Part shown: positions 63,308 through 64,000 of the stretch, one piece after another | How the letters are laid out: every line of letters starts with the position of its first letter | Position numbering within the stretch: position 1 is the stretch's first letter | Source of the DNA: Mycobacteriales bacterium | Lineage (GTDB): Bacteria; Actinomycetota; Actinomycetes; JAFAQI01 | Direction: 5' to 3' | Assembly (NCBI GenBank): GCA_035550655.1 | Contig: DASZOU010000035.1 | Coordinates: 1,495 to 65,494 of the forward strand | DNA length: 64,000 nt | The notes under the pieces: generated by a model | What the model was told of the DNA's origin: nothing | The model's database searches: none | The model's input: the letters and a program-made list of their open reading frames with translations, nothing else | Made by a program: the position numbers and the translations under genes

Positions 63308-64000
63308 ACCGAAGGAGCGACCGGCGCCCGGGTATCCGCACGCTGTGGTGGCAGTGTCACCGGCTGCACGTCCTCGCGAGTGACCCGGTTGCGGAAGATC
63401 CAGTACGTCCAGGCCTGGTACGCCAGCACGACCGGCGTCGCGAAGCCGGCGACCCACGTCATGACGCCGAGGGTGTACGCCGACGACGAGGCGTTACGAA
63501 CCGTGAGACTGAACGCGTCGCTCGTCGACGACGGCAGCACGTCAGGCCACAGGTCGCCGAACAGCGTCACGACGGCGAGTGCCAGCGTCACAGCCGTCGC
63601 GAGAAACGCCCAGCCTTCGCGGCGGCGTACCACCGACACCAGTGAACCGAGCAACGAGACTGCAGCTGCAGCCGCGGTGAGATCCGTCCACCATGTGCCG
63701 TGCCGCCACTGGGTGATGACGAGGAAGAGCGCGGCCACGCCGACCGACACCGGGCCGATCATCCGAGCCGCGTGCCGTGCCCGCTCGCGGACCTCGCCAT
63801 CGGTCTTCAGGCCCAGGTACACCGCGCCGTGCAGCAGGAACAGCGAGAGGGTCACGGCTCCACCGAGCAGGGCGTACGGGTTGAGCAGGGTGAGAAGGGT
63901 GCCGGTGTAGCGGTGCTGGGCGTTCAGCGGCACGCCGCGGACGATGTTCGCGAACGCGACACCCCACAGCAGGGCGGGCAGAGCGCTGCTTGCGCAGATT
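63304..64000 (-). CDS. cydB: cytochrome bd ubiquinol oxidase subunit II, C-terminal part (5' end beyond the window)
   Basis: Polytopic C-terminus ...LGVMTWVAGFATPVVLAYQAWTYWIFRNR matches the CydB end. The frame stays open to position 64000. Confidence 0.7.
   Translation of the reverse strand, partial: ICASSALPALLWGVAFANIVRGVPLNAQHRYTGTLLTLLNPYALLGGAVTLSLFLLHGAVYLGLKTDGEVRERARHAARMIGPVSVGVAALFLVITQWRHGTWWTDLTAAAAAVSLLGSLVSVVRRREGWAFLATAVTLALAVVTLFGDLWPDVLPSSTSDAFSLTVRNASSSAYTLGVMTWVAGFATPVVLAYQAWTYWIFRNRVTREDVQPVTLPPQRADTRAPVAPSV

Overview
High-GC (about 68-72%) actinobacterial chromosomal segment; mycothiol (mshB-like) and an F420-type enzyme support the phylum call. No rRNA, tRNA, CRISPR array, transposase or integrase was recognised. 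All protein calls rest on by-eye motif recognition, start/stop coupling and third-position GC bias, not database searches.

Gene content, in order:
- 1-2.2 kb: SAM-methyltransferase (truncated at window start), a small hypothetical, a NUDIX hydrolase and a frameshifted 2H-phosphoesterase.
- 2.3-5.8 kb: a TetR regulator divergent from a P450 that is translationally coupled to an orphan Liv-type substrate-binding lipoprotein.
- 6.1-16.4 kb: a ten-gene translationally coupled catabolic operon on the plus strand. Order: aldehyde dehydrogenase, amidohydrolase, 3Fe-4S-type ferredoxin, SDR, P450, F420-type DDN-family enzyme, acyl-CoA synthetase, CaiB/BaiF CoA-transferase, DUF35 OB-fold protein, SCP-x-type thiolase, TetR. 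The content resembles steroid or lipid side-chain degradation.
- 16.4-23.0 kb: a minus-strand operon. Order: paralogous Liv-type substrate-binding protein with a His-rich linker, a LivH-LivM-LivG triple-fusion protein, a LivF ATPase carrying a Lys/Ala-rich histone-like tail, and a secreted esterase.
- 23.1-27.6 kb: two tandem SDRs, then a CMD / SDR / pterin-4a-carbinolamine dehydratase group, then an MshB-like deacetylase.
- 27.8-37.4 kb: a co-directional block. Order: unusual FtsH-like AAA+ metalloprotease, 4-TM protein, CheW, two polytopic-membrane MCPs, CheA-REC hybrid kinase, REC-GAF response regulator.
- 37.4-39.1 kb: an AbiEi/DUF559-type gene bracketed by 47-bp direct repeats rich in GTCAGA hexamers, followed by a SAM-methyltransferase.
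- 39.3-42.2 kb: an MMPL transporter coupled to a TetR, behind a TTGACA promoter with an AT-rich palindrome.
- 42.2-48.3 kb: a Dpp/Opp-type ABC system with an inverted fused double-ATPase gene and a compositionally atypical substrate-binding protein.
- 48.3-50.5 kb: an MFS transporter and two small cupins.
- 50.6-57.9 kb: a minus-strand run of amidase, P-type cation ATPase, xfp phosphoketolase and ackA.
- 57.9-59.5 kb: an HD-GYP-like LuxR regulator flanked by a perfect 18-bp inverted-repeat pair.
- 59.6-64.0 kb: a SnoaL-like protein, then cydD, cydC and the 3' part of cydB.

A GGTAGAA-N5-TTCTACC palindrome occurs upstream of the catabolic operon and upstream of the Liv-type importer, suggesting a shared KstR-like regulon.
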